DNA of 64,000 nt from assembly GCA_038087875.1 (NCBI GenBank), contig CM075988.1, positions 1,736,001 through 1,800,000 on the forward strand. The letters run 5' to 3'. The stretch comes from Malacoraja senta. Taxonomy: Eukaryota. The notes under the pieces are model-generated. The model worked only from the letters and a program-made list of their open reading frames with translations, was not told the origin of the DNA and ran no database searches. The position numbers were made by a program, and so were the translations under genes. Positions 12,873-24,267 of this stretch are shown piece by piece (the stretch's first letter is position 1; every line of letters starts with the position of its first letter).

Positions 12873-14251
12873 CTACAATAAGAGTCAGGCAGCATTTGTG
12901 AAGATAGTAGATTGGACATTTCAAACTGAGGTGCTTCTATCAACATTAACTTCATTTCTCTCACCACAGATGCCGGTATTGTCTTAATCATGTATTGTCT
13001 TTCTGCTCAACAAATGCTTTTCACTGTACTTCGGTACACGTGACAATAAACTCAACTAAACTCAACTGCTGATACTTGCAGCAAATGTGGTTTGGTTCAG
13101 ATAACTGGCAGTGGACATGTGCTCAAAACATTAGTTTTGCTTGCTGTGGTGTTTCAGACTTTGTTTCCTCCCCAGGCATCCGTGCCCCCCCTTCACACCC
13201 ACCCCCTCCCCCCCTTCAACCACTCCTGCCATCCACCCCTTCCTCATTCTCTCAGCTCCTTTATAATTTTATTTCTCAATTTTCCTTGTACTAATGGAAC
13301 GTCATTGATGTGAAACTTTATTAAGCATATTAACATGAAGAGATATCCTCTTTGTGTCCGGACTGGCAGCCTGGCCTCGAGGAGTTGCTGCACCCCCCCC
13401 CCCCCCGCCCCCCCACACACACACCGACCTCCTTGATGGTCTCTCTGCTCCCCGTCCTGTCATTTCATACAGTTTGATGTGTCTGGCAGTTCGCAGACAT
13501 GGGAGGTAGAACTGTTGCCTTGGATTGTTGTTGAGTAAACCTGGCAATCATTCACTGTTTAATCAGCATGGACAAACCTGAACCGGTTCTACTGCTCCAA
13601 CCAGTCACAATCACCTCAGGCTCGCATTGTTTCACAGCGAAGGAATGCCAGTCTAAAGTCAGGACTTCTCCTCCCTTACACAGAGCACTCACAATGGACA
13701 GGCAAGTGATCTTGAGTCATGGTGACACAAGGCCACCCTCTCCAACTGAGCAATGCTCATGTTTCTACTCTGTATAACACTCCTCCCTCATAACTGATCT
13801 CTCCCACACTACCCCACCCCAGAAGGGACATGGGTAGGGTACAGTGGAGCAGCTCACAGTTGCTGCCTCGCAGCTCCAAGGAGCCAGGTTCAATCCTGAC
13901 CCCAGGCGCTGTATGTGTGTGTGGAGTTTGCACGTCCTCCCTGTGATTGTGCAGGTTTCCCTGACAACCCAATGACGTGCGGGTTGGTAGGTTAATCACC
14001 CTGTCTATGTTGTCACCTTCAGGGAACAATGTACCTGTAACCCTAGATCTTTCAGTTAAATAACCATCCTCAGTCCTGCCTTTCACAGTGTATGTCCTGC
14101 CCACTATATTAATCCCACATGCCTGCATTCATTCCATATAGTGCCACAGAGACATACAGCACAGAAACAAGCCCGTCCATATAACCAAGATGTCTACCTG
14201 CGCTGGTCCCATCTACCTGAATTTGGCCCACATCACAGTAAACCTTGATAT

Positions 14252-14352
14252 ACCAGTCTGAAGAAGGGTCTCGACCCAAAACGTCACCCATTCCTTCTCT
14301 CCAGAGATGGTTCCTGTCCTGCTGAGTTACTCCGGCATTTTGTGTCTACCTT
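14252..14352 (+). mobile_element. Short PLE terminal-repeat (pLTR) insertion with mutated hammerhead motif
   Basis: CTGAAGAAGGGTCTCGACCCAAAACGTC (GAAA changed to AAAA), followed by the pLTR 3' sequence. Confidence 0.8.
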
Positions 14353-14365
14353 CACTTGAAACCTT

Positions 14366-14648
14366 GTAGTTTTAGTTTAGAGATGCAGCATGGAATCTGA
14401 GTCCACGCCAACTATCGATCACCCATACACTGGTTCTATGTTATCCCACTTTCGCATCCACTCCTACACACTGAAGGCAATTTACAATTAACCTGCAAAG
14501 ATCCATGTCTTTGGGATTATGGGAGGAAACTGAAGCACCCAAAGGAAACCCACGCAATTACAGGGAGAACATGCAAACTCCACACAGACAGCACCTGGGT
14601 CTGTGGTGCTACATGCAGCATCTCTATCAGCTGTTACACTGTGCTACC
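14366..14648 (-). mobile_element. Older HE1-like SINE
   Basis: Tail ttttagtttagagat, core ggaggaaac...aaactccacacagacagcacc. Confidence 0.8.
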
Positions 14649-14889
14649 TTTTCTATCCATGTACCTGTCTGAATTCCTTTTACATGTTAAAATTTTACTA
14701 CCCAGTCACTATTTTTAGCTCAAACCCTCCAATGCCAGTAACATCCTCATGAACTGGGTGATCAGAACAGATGTAACATGATGTCCCAACCCCTGTACTC
14801 ATTGATCTGATCAATAAAGGCAGTCTTCAGTACCCTATCTGTATTATTGCTTTCAGAGACCTCGCTATTGAGGATAACCAGAATGTCGC

Positions 14890-15092
14890 CGAATACTCTC
14901 CTGAATGGTAGAGAGCACATTGACTGCTTGCATCACGGCCTGGTTTGGCAACTCGAACTCCCAGGAATGAAGACTGCAAAAAGTGGTGAACACTACCCAG
15001 TCCATCACGTTCTGACCTCCCCACCATTGAAGGGATTTACAGGAGTCGCTGCCTCTAAAAGGCAGCCAGCATCATCAGAGGCCCACACCACA
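14890..15092 (+). mobile_element. Rex1/Babar LINE 3' fragment
   Basis: Similar to the Rex1 copies at 54900-55730 and 61430-62398. Confidence 0.75.
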
Positions 15093-15294
15093 CTCCTACT
15101 TAGATTTCTTGATGCACATGAAATGATTCTCACACCATCTTTGTCCTGAGCAGAGATGTGGGCTCAGGGATTCACTGAATGAAAGAAAGATCACAGTTGA
15201 GTATTCTTTGTTTTTAAAACCTTTCAAAACTAGGTTTAAATGTCTGTGGACCTAAAGCAGTGCTGTGTGTGACTAGACTATGTAGCACTAAATG

Positions 15295-15742
15295 ATAGAA
15301 ACATAGAAAATAGGTGCAGGAGGAGGCTATTCGGCCCTTCGAGCCAGCACCGCCATTCATTGTGATCATGGCTGATCGTCCCCAATCAATAACCCGTGCC
15401 TGCCTTCTCCCCATATGCCTTGATTCCACTAGCCTCTAGAGCTCTATCTAACTCGCTCTTAAATCCATCCAGTGATTTGGCCTCCATTGCCCTCCGTGGC
15501 AGGGAATTCCACAAATTCACAACTGGGTGAAAACGTTTTTTCTCACCTCAATCTTAAATGGCCTCCCCTTTATTCTAAGACTGTGGCCCCTGGTTCTGGA
15601 CTCGCCCAACATTGGGAACATATTTCCTGCATCTAGCTTGTCCAGTCCTTTTTTTAATTTTATATGTTTCTATAAGATCCGCCCTCATCCTTCTAAACAA
15701 GCCTAGTCTTTTCAATTGCTCCTCATATGACATTCCCGCCAT
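15295..15742 (-). mobile_element. CR1 3' end, split by a nested younger CR1 (continues at 20032-20305)
   Basis: Reading frame ...LIPGM|AGMSYEE joins across the insert; GCCAT duplicated at 15738-15742 and 20032-20036. Confidence 0.9.
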
Positions 15743-18700
15743 AGAAACATAGAAACAGAAAATAAATGCAGGAGTAGGCCATTCGGCCCTTCGAGCCTGC
15801 ACCGCCATTCAATATGATCATGGCTGATCATCCAACTCAGTATCCTGTACCTGCCTTCTCTCCATACCCCCTTATACCTTTAGCCACAAGGGCCACATCT
15901 AACTCCCTCTTAAATATAGCCAATGAACTGGCCTCAACTACCTTCTGTGACAGAGAATTCCACAGATTCACCACTCTCTGTGTGAAAAATGTTTTTCTCA
16001 TCTCGGTCCTAAAAGACTTCCCCCTTATCCTTAAACCGTGACCCCTTGTTCTGGACTTCCCCAACATCGGGAACAATCTTCCTGCATCTAGCCTGTCCAA
16101 TCCCTTAAGAATTTTGTAAGTTTTTATAAGAACCCCCCTCAATCTTCTAAATTCTAGCGAGTACAAGCCGAGTCTATCCAGTCTTTCTTCATATGAAAGT
16201 CCTGCCATCCCAGGAATCAGTCTGGTGAACCTTCTCTGTACTCCCTCTATGGCAAGAATGTCTTTCCTCAGATTAGGAGACCAAAACTGTACGCAATTAT
16301 CCAGGTGTGGTCTCACCAAGGCCCTGTACAACTGCAGCAGAACCGCCCTGCTCCTATACTCAACTCATTTGGCTATGAATGCTAACATACCATTTGCTTT
16401 CTTCACTGCCTGCTGCACCTGCATGCCTACTTTCAATGACTGGTGTACCATGACACCCAGGTCTCGTTGCATCTCCCCTTTTCCTAATCGGCCACCATTC
16501 AGATAATAGTCTACTTTCCTGTTCTTGCCACCAAAATGGATGACCTCATATTTATCCACATTATACTGCATCTGCCATGCATTTTCCCACTCACCCAGCC
16601 TATCCAAGTCACCTTGTAGCCTCCTAGCATCCTCCTCACAACTAACACTGCCTCCCAGCTTCGTGTCATCCGCAAACTTGGAGATGTCGCATTCCATTCC
16701 CTCATCCAAATCATTAATATATATTGTAAATAGCTGGGGTCCCAGCACTGAGCCTTGCGGTGCCCCACTAGTCACTGCATGCCATTCTGAAAAGGACCCG
16801 TTTACTCCTACTCTTTACTTCCTGTCTGCCAGCCAGTTCTCTATCCACATCAATACTGAACCCCCAATACCATGTTCTTTAAGTTTGCATACTAATCTCT
16901 TATGTGGGACGTTGTTGAAAGCCTTCTGAAAGTCCAGATATAACACATCCACTGGTTCTCCCTTATCCATTCTACTAGTTACATCCTCGAAAAATTCTAT
17001 AAGATTCGTCAGACATGATTTAACTTTCGTAAATCCATGCTCACTTTGGCCAATGATTTCACCACTTTCCAAATTTGCTGCTATCCCATCTTTAATAACT
17101 GACTCTAGCATTTTCCCCACTACCGATGTTAGACTAACTGGTCTGTAATTCCACGTTTTCTCTCTCCCTCCCTTTTTAAAAAGTGGGGTTACATTAGCTA
17201 CCCTCCAATCCTCAGGAACTACTCCAGAATCTAAAGAGTTTTGAAAAATTATCACTAATGCATCCACTATTTCTGGGGCTACTTCCTTAAGCTCTCTCGG
17301 ATGCAGCCTATCTGGCCCTGGGGATTTATCGGCCTTTTATCCATTCAATTTACCTAACACCACTTCCCAACTAACCTGAATTTCACTCAGCTCTTCCATC
17401 TCATTTGACCCCCGGTCCCCTGCTATTTCCAGCAAATTATTTATGTCTTCCTTAGTGAAGACAGAACCAAAGTAGTTATTCAATTGGTCTGCCATATCCT
17501 TGTTCCCCATGATCAATTCACCTTTTTCTGACTGCAAGGGACCCACATTTGTTTTAACTAATATTTTTCTCTTCACATATCTATAAAAGCTTTTGCAGTC
17601 AGTTTTTATGTTCCCTGCCAGTTTACTTCCATAATTATTTTCCCTTTCCTAATTAAGCCCTTTGTCCTCCTCTGCTGGACTCTGAATTTCTCCCAGTCCT
17701 CTGGTAGGCTGCTTTTTCTGGCTAATTTGTATGCTTCATCTTTTGTTTTGATACTATCCCTGATTTCCCTTGTTATCCACGGATGCACTACCTTCCCTGA
17801 CTTATTCTTTTGCCAAATTGGGATGAACAACTGTTGTAGTTCTTCCATGCGGTCTTTAAATGCCTTCCATTGCATATCCCCCGTCAACCCTTTAAGAATC
17901 AATTGCCAGTCTATCTTGGCCAATTCACGTCTCATACCCTCAATGTTACCTTTCTTTAAGTTCAGAACCCTTGTTTCTGAATTAACTATGTCACTCTCCA
18001 TCCTAATGAAGAACTCAACCATATTATGGTCACTCTGGCCCAAGGGGCCACGCACAACAAGACTGCTAACTAACCCTTCCTCATTACTCAATACCCAGTC
18101 TAGAATAGCCTGCTCTCTCGTTGGTTCCTCTATATGTTGGTTTAGAAAACTATCCCGCATACATTCCAAGAAATCCCCTTCCTCAGCACCCCTGCCAATT
18201 TGATTCACCCAATCTATATGTAGATTGAAGTCACCCATTATAACTGTTTTACCTTTGTTGCACGCGTTTCTAATTTCCTGTTTGATGCCATCCCCAACTC
18301 CACTACTATTGTTAGGTGGCCCCCCACTAGCGTTTTCTGCCCCTTAGTGTTCCGCAGCTCTACCCATATCGATTCCACATCCTCCAAGCTAATGTCCTTC
18401 CTTTCTATTGCGTTAATCTCCTCTCTAACCAGCAATGCTACCCCACCTCCTTTTCCTTTCTGTCTATTCCTCCTGAATATTGAATATCCCTGGATGTTCA
18501 GCTCCCAGCCTTGGTCACCCTGGAGCCATGTCTCCGTGATCCCAACTATATCATATTCATTAATAACTATCTGCACATTCAACTCATCCACCTTATTACG
18601 AATGCTCCTTGCATTGAGACACAAAGCCTTCAGGTTTGTTTTTACAACCCTTATACAATTATGTTGAAAAGTGGCCCTTTTTGATTTTTGCCCTGGATTT

Positions 18701-18800
18701 GTCTGCCTGCCACTTTTACTTTTCACCTTGCTACCTATTGCTTCTACCCTCATTTTACACCCCTCTGTCTCTCTGCTCATGCTCCCATCCCCTTGCCACA

Positions 18801-19748
18801 TTAGTTTAAATCCTCCCCGACAGCACTAGCAAACACTTCCCCAAGGACATTGGTTCCATTCCAGCCCAGGTGCAGACCGTCCTGTTTGTACTGGTCCCAC
18901 CTCCCCCAGAACTGGTTCCAATGCCCTAGAAATTTGAATCCCTCCCCCTTGCACCATTTTTCAAGCCACGTATTCATCTGAAATATCTTCCTATTTCTAC
19001 TCTGACTAGCACGTGGCACTGGTAGTAATCCAGAAATTATTACCTTTGAGGTCCTGCTTTTAAGTTTATCTCCTAGCTCCCTAAATTCACCTTGTAGGAC
19101 CTCATCCCGTTTTTTACCTATATCGTTGGTGCCAATGTGCACCACGACAACTGGCTGTTCACCCTCCCCCTCCAGAATGTTCTGCAGCCGTTCAGTGACA
19201 TCCCTGACCCTTGCACCAGGGAGGCAACATACCATCCTGGAGTCTTGTTTGCGGCCGCAGAACCGCCTATCTATTCCCCTTACAATGGAATCCCCTATTA
19301 CTATAGCCCTACCACTCTTTTTCCTCCCCTCCTGTGCCACAGAGCCACCCATGGTGCCATGAACTTGGCTGCTGCTGCCTTCCCCTGATGAGCCATCTCC
19401 CCCAACAGTATCCAAAATGGTATATCTGTTTAGGAGGGAGATGACCGCAAGGGACTCCTGCACTACCTGCCTACTGCTACGCTGGCTAATGGCCACCCGT
19501 TCCCTTTCTGTCCGCTTACCTTTTACCTGCGGTGTGACCAACTCACTGTACGTGCTATTCACGACTTTCTCAGCATCGTGGATGCTCCAGTATGAATCCA
19601 ACCGCAGCTCCAATCGTTCAAAGCGGTCTGCCAGGAGCTGCAGCTGGACACACTTCCTGCAAACGTAGTCACCAGGGACACCGACCATATCCCTGATCTC
19701 CCACATGTTGCAGGATGAGCAAACCATGGGGCCGATCGCAACTGACAT
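18801..19748 (-). CDS. CR1 ORF1 protein (zinc finger/leucine zipper + SGNH esterase), 315 aa, uninterrupted
   Basis: CSSC...CRKC followed by leucine heptads; IVIGDSIVRG, VVVHIGTND, DGLHL. Confidence 0.9.
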   Translation of the reverse strand: MSVAIGPMVCSSCNMWEIRDMVGVPGDYVCRKCVQLQLLADRFERLELRLDSYWSIHDAEKVVNSTYSELVTPQVKGKRTERERVAISQRSSRQVVQESLAVISLLNRYTILDTVGGDGSSGEGSSSQVHGTMGGSVAQEGRKKSGRAIVIGDSIVRGIDRRFCGRKQDSRMVCCLPGARVRDVTERLQNILEGEGEQPVVVVHIGTNDIGKKRDEVLQGEFRELGDKLKSRTSKVIISGLLPVPRASQSRNRKIFQMNTWLEKWCKGEGFKFLGHWNQFWGRWDQYKQDGLHLGWNGTNVLGEVFASAVGEDLN

Positions 19749-19831
19749 AGCTTGCCCCCAAATTAAATCAACTCCCTCACACTATAAAAATCTTAATCCT
19801 TTAAACTGTACCTTTACTAAAAAGCACTGTC

Positions 19832-20000
19832 CCCTTAACTCACTGTACCCTTAACTCACTGAACCCTTAACTCACTGAACCCTTAACTCACTGAACCCTT
19901 AACTCACTGAACCCTTAACTCACTGAACCCTTAACTCACTGAACCCTTAACTCACTGAACCCTTAACTCACTGTACCCTTAACTCACTGAACCCTTAACT
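19832..20000. repeat. 16-bp tandem repeat (CCCTTAACTCACTGAA) x ~10.5 in the CR1 5'UTR
   Basis: Unit starts at 19832, 19848 ... 19992; two units carry a single A/T variant. Confidence 0.97.
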
Positions 20001-20031
20001 AAAAAGTACGAACAGAAAGCAGAAATACAAA

Positions 20032-20305
20032 GCCATCCCAGGGATCAATCTCGTGAACCTACTCTGCACTGCCTCAATCACAAGGATGTCCTCCCTCAAA
20101 TTAGACCAAAACTGTACACAATACTCCAGATGTGGTTTTACCAGAGCCCTATACAACTGCAGAAGAACCTCTTTACTCCTATACTGAAATCCTCTTGTTA
20201 TGAAGGCCAATATTCCATTAGCTTTCTTCACTGCCTGCTGTACCTGCACGCCAACCCCATTGAGATAATAATCTGCCCCCCTTGTTTTTGCCGCCAAAGT
20301 GGTGT
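20032..20305 (-). mobile_element. CR1 fragment (upstream half of the element at 15295-15742)
   Basis: QVQQAVKKANGILAFI...LVKPHLEYCVQFWS...FTRLIPGM. Confidence 0.9.
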
Positions 20306-20455
20306 ACATCTTATTACGTACGTTAAACCTCATGCTCTGCACGCCTGTAACTGGGAGAGATCAAAGTACGTCGAGGACATCAATTACATGTGGCAAATCT
20401 GCAAAACTATTTTTCACATTTTTATCTTGCTTCACCAGAGAAGATAGTTTGAGAG

Positions 20456-20985
20456 AAGATAGACATAAAAATCTGGAGTAACCCAGCGGGTCAGACAGCA
20501 TCTCTGGAGAAAAGGAATAGGTGACATTTAGGATTGAGACCCTTCTTCAGACAGAGTCAGGGGAAAGGGAAACAAGAGATATAGACGGTGATGGTAGCGA
20601 GATAGAGAACAAATTAATGAAAGATGTACAAAAAAGTAACAATGATCAAGGAAACAGTCCATTGTTGGCTGTGGGCTAGAGAACACGTTATACAATGAAA
20701 CTCAACAGGATGACAGTGAGGGAGGGACGGTGAGAGAGAGAGAAGATGCAAAGGTTACCTGAAGTTAGAGAAATCAATATTCATATTGCTGGGTTGGAAG
20801 CTTGAAAAGCAAAATATGAGATGCTGTTCCTCCTATTTGCATTTGGCCTCACTCTGACAGTGGAGGAGGCCTAGGACAGAAAGGTCAGTGTGGGAATGGG
20901 GAAGGGAGTTAAAGTGTTTAGCAACCGGGAGATCACATAGGCCCAGGTGGACTGAGCGAGGGTGTTCAGTGAAACGATCGCCCAC
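20456..20985 (-). mobile_element. Penelope-like element 3' end (GIY-YIG, 3'UTR, pLTR with degenerate hammerhead)
   Basis: RRVGDRFTEHPRSV...LPVAKHFNS..HSHTDLSVLGLLHC, then CTGAAGAAGGGTCTCAATCCTAAATGTC at ~20550-20523. Confidence 0.9.
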
Positions 20986-21206
20986 TCTTCGCGAGGTGTC
21001 TTGAGAAAAGCCCATTTGAAAGTGAATAGTACTCAACCATAAAGTACACCATGTCACGGGCCAGCTGGGAGCAACCTGAAGTCAGCAACACATCTCGTGA
21101 CACAAGTCAAAGGGCAGGAGTTGACATCAACACAATCACCACAGTCGGTGGGGAATGGTGTAGAGACGTTCACAGCTGCAACCCCACTCTACAATGAGTA
21201 CACCAG

Positions 21207-21393
21207 GAGCTGCAGATGCTAGAATCTTGAACAAAACATAAAGTGCTGGAGGAACTCAGCAGGTCAGTCAGCATCTCTGGAGTGAATGGATATGTGATGT
21301 TTCGGGTTAGGGACTTTCTTCAGACTGGGAGAGTCTATTCCCTCCACAGATGCTACCTGACCAACTGAGTTCCTCCAGCACTGTGTTTTGCTC
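21207..21393. mobile_element. Fold-back element made of two inverted PLE pLTR halves
   Basis: gtgctggaggaactcag...gcatct / agatgct...ctgagttcctccagcac; degenerate hammerhead on - in the left arm. Confidence 0.75.
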
Positions 21394-21435
21394 ATAGCTG
21401 TAGTACGAGACTGTGAAAGGCTTTCTATAAATGTA

Positions 21436-22162
21436 ATATTCACTGGAGTTTAGAAGGATGAGGGGGGAATCTTATAGAAACATATAAAATTATAAAAGGA
21501 CTGGACAGGCTAGATGCAGGAAATTCCACAAATTCACAACTCTCTGGGTGAAAATGTTTTTTTTCACCTCAGTCCTAAATGGCCTCCCCTTTATTCTAAA
21601 GCCCCTGTCCCACAATGCGAGTTCATCCAAGAGCTCTCCCGAGTTTTAAAAAAAATCGAACTCGTGGTAAGTACGTAGAATGTACGTAGCGGGTGCGTCG
21701 GAGCTCATGGATGTCTTGTAGCGGCTCGTAATGCTAATGGCAGGTACTCTGGAAACGCGGAAAATCGTGAAGTTTTTTCAACGGTGTGAAAAATTTCCAA
21801 GAGTAAAAAAATACTCGTGATGAAGTAGCACGAGTTTGATTTTTTTTAAACTCGCATCATGTGACAGGGGCTTTAGAATAAAGGGGAGGCCATTTAGGAC
21901 TGAGGTGAGAAAAAATATTTTCACCCAGAGAGTTGTGAATTTGTGGAATTCCCTGCCACAGAGGGCAGTGGAGGCCAAATCACTGGATGGATTTAAGAGA
22001 GAGTTAGATAGAGCTTTAGGGGCTAGTGGAATCAAGGGATATGGGGAGAAGGCAGGCACGGGTTATTGATTGGGGATGATCAGCTATGATCACAATGAAT
22101 GGCAGTGCTGGCTCGAAGGGCCGAAAGGCCTCCTCCTGCACCTATTTTCTTTGTTTCTATGT
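21436..22162 (+). mobile_element. CR1 3' end carrying a MITE and a local inverted duplication
   Basis: YSLEFRRM...LDAG, then inverted segment 21522-21599, MITE, then RIKGRPF...GTGY* and 3'UTR. Confidence 0.9.
21600..21872. mobile_element. PIF/Harbinger-type MITE (273 bp)
   Basis: Imperfect TIR AGCCCCTGTCCCACAATGCGAGTT / AACTCGCATCATGTGACAGGGGCT, flanked by TAA/TTA; same family as 57251-57564. Confidence 0.88.
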
Positions 22163-22240
22163 AATATTCACCTTCAAAATGATGCAACAAAATGAATGAG
22201 ATGAGAGAGTGTGATCCACAACAAAGATACATTCTTTTAG

Positions 22241-22530
22241 TTCTTGTTTTAGAGATACAGGTCCTTCGGCCCACCGTGTACAAGCCGACCAGCGATCCCC
22301 ACACATTAGCATTAACACTAGAAACAATTTACAATATTCACCAAAGAAAATTAACCTACAAACCTGTACATCATTGGAGTGTGGGAGGAAACCGGAGCAC
22401 CCTAACTACTGGGTAAACGCACGTAGTCTAGTCACAGGGAGAACATACAAACTCCGTACAGACAGCACCTGTAGTCAGGATTGGACCCGGGTCTGGGCGC
22501 TGTGATGCAGCTACTCTACCGCTGCACCAC
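22241..22530 (-). mobile_element. HE1-like V-SINE
   Basis: Same head/core/tail as the other copies. Confidence 0.85.
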
Positions 22531-22701
22531 CCTCATATTCACCTGAATCTTATCACTTGCTCTTTTGGCTTTGACCTGTTTCCCTATCATTCCCTGAACA
22601 CAACTTTGTATATTGGCACCGATCCTCTCCCATATTGGCACCGATCCTAACTCATGATGTACTCTCAAGAGTTGTAAAGTTTAAGTTAAAAATACAAATT
22701 G

Positions 22702-22707
22702 TTTATT
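22702..22707 (-). promoter_or_regulatory. Candidate polyadenylation signal (AATAAA) for TMEM45B
   Basis: First AATAAA I found on - downstream of the stop, ~725 nt away. No transcript evidence. Confidence 0.5.
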
Positions 22708-22833
22708 GCAGAATAAGGGGATATTTCATTGAAGTTGAGAGATGGAGAATGGGTATTTCAATTTAGTCCCAAACTGCAGATAAACTTTAATTCAAATTCC
22801 TCTCCTGGGTGGTATTCTAAGCAGTTACAAGCT

Positions 22834-22993
22834 GCTACAGTTTGCACAAATGAGCATTCACAGTCAGAAGAAAGATCTCGACCCGAAACGTCACCCATTC
22901 CTTCTCTCCAGAGATGCTGCCTGTCCTGCTGAGTTACTCCAGCATTTTGTGTCTATCTTTGATTTAAACCAGCATCTGCAGTTCTTTCGTACA
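22834..22993 (+). mobile_element. Short PLE pLTR insertion in the putative TMEM45B 3'UTR (antisense)
   Basis: Degenerate hammerhead CAGAAGAAAGATCTCGACCCGAAACGTC plus pLTR and tail; 12-bp TSD CAGTTACAAGCT (22822-22833 / 22994-23005). Confidence 0.82.
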
Positions 22994-23431
22994 CAGTTAC
23001 AAGCTTTATATTTCATCCAGAAAGTTACTGAGGCAAGTAGATTGTCAGATGCAAGAAAAAGATTTCTGCGCTCTACATTCTGATACCAGTTTCAGTGGTG
23101 AGATTATTCCTTAGTTTGCATCATGAAGAAAAGAGCCGCTCTTATTCAGAACCTGCCAGTTTGCTGCTCTAGTCTGGTCGAGACTTGCTGCCTGCCGTGA
23201 AGTCTGTGGGGGACAATCCCATGATGGATCCCCATCACCAGAGCTATTTCACAACAGGCACGCACCCCAGCCCCCCATTCCCACTCCACAGTACAACCAG
23301 TGAATCAATGTCATTCAAGGAACAAGCTACATTTTAAAAGTTCACAATTCAGAAAATTGAAACAAAAATCATCGACTTCTGAACGTGACGGGTGGATGTG
23401 CAGGAGCCGCTGGTCAATCAAGGTCTGCACG

Positions 23432-23531
23432 TCACTCGATGTCAGAACTGCTCAGCAGGGAGTTCTTCTCCGAGCCCCTCAGCTGTTCCAGCTCCAGAGT
23501 CACAGTTCTCCTGGACCTGATCTGCACAAAA
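23432..23531 (-). CDS. TMEM45B: TMEM45B last coding exon (100 coding nt incl. TGA)
   Basis: Acceptor tctttccctcgcag; (C)FVQIRSRRTVTLELEQLRGSEKNSLLSSSDIE*. The LL-S-x-SD-acidic C-terminus resembles TMEM45B. Phase-compatible; total CDS 819 nt. Confidence 0.9.
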
Positions 23532-24267
23532 CTGCGAGGGAAAGACCTGTTACAGCGGGTCAAGCAGTGTGGGAGGAACACGGGCCACTCACACCACTAC
23601 TGTACACACCACCATTACACACCACTACTGTACACACCACATCAAGGTTGATGTAGGAAACTGGAGGCCTGCAACAAGTCTTGTGCCACAGGGATCAGTG
23701 CTGGGTTAGTTTTATTAACAATTCGGACACAAATGTAGGTTAGTGTGTGAAACTAAAATTGCTGGTAAATAAGACATTGGTCAAGTGAGCCAATGGCTAA
23801 AGTATCGCATATAATTCATATAAAAGTGAGTTGTTGCATTCTATTGAGACCAACCAAGCAGGACCTACACAGTAAATGGTAAGGTTCTGAGCAGTGATGT
23901 AGAACAAATACATAGTTCCATGAGAGTGGTTACATGGGTAGATGGGGTGGTGAAGCCAATTGGCATGTTTACCTACATTGGTCAGTGTATTGAGTAAAGG
24001 AGTTGGGTCGTCATGTGACACGTGTAAGGCCATGATATGTACACGTCTAATTATTATTTTACTGGAAGGATGTCATTAAACTAGAAAGAATACAAAAAAG
24101 ATGAATGAAGATTCACGGGTATGGAAGATTTGAGTTCTCAGGGTAAGGTGGATAGGTTGAGTATTTTTATACTAGTGTAGGAGGCTGAGGTGTGACCTTA
24201 TAGAGGCATAGATAAGGTGAATAGCTGGCCACAGTCCTTTCACCAGGGCACAGCAGTTTAAACAGAG

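Larger units (their letters stand above)
15743..20031 (-). mobile_element. Near full-length young CR1 LINE (4.29 kb): 5'UTR repeat, intact ORF1, disrupted ORF2
   Basis: ORF1 19748-18801; ORF2 18801-15837 with APE and RT motifs, broken by several frameshifts/stops; TTTCTATG-type tail; 5-bp TSD GCCAT. Confidence 0.97.

Noticed and set aside
13076..13780. Possible NFRKB terminal exon/3'UTR
   Set aside because: No frame resembles the NFRKB C-terminus; no supporting splice plus polyA structure seen.
19832..20000. Interstitial telomere
   Set aside because: The unit is 16 bp containing TTAAGGG, not tandem TTAGGG.
22611..22648. Short local tandem duplications (also ~27240-27290 and ~3000-3057)
   Set aside because: Two or three copy slippage products with no further structure.
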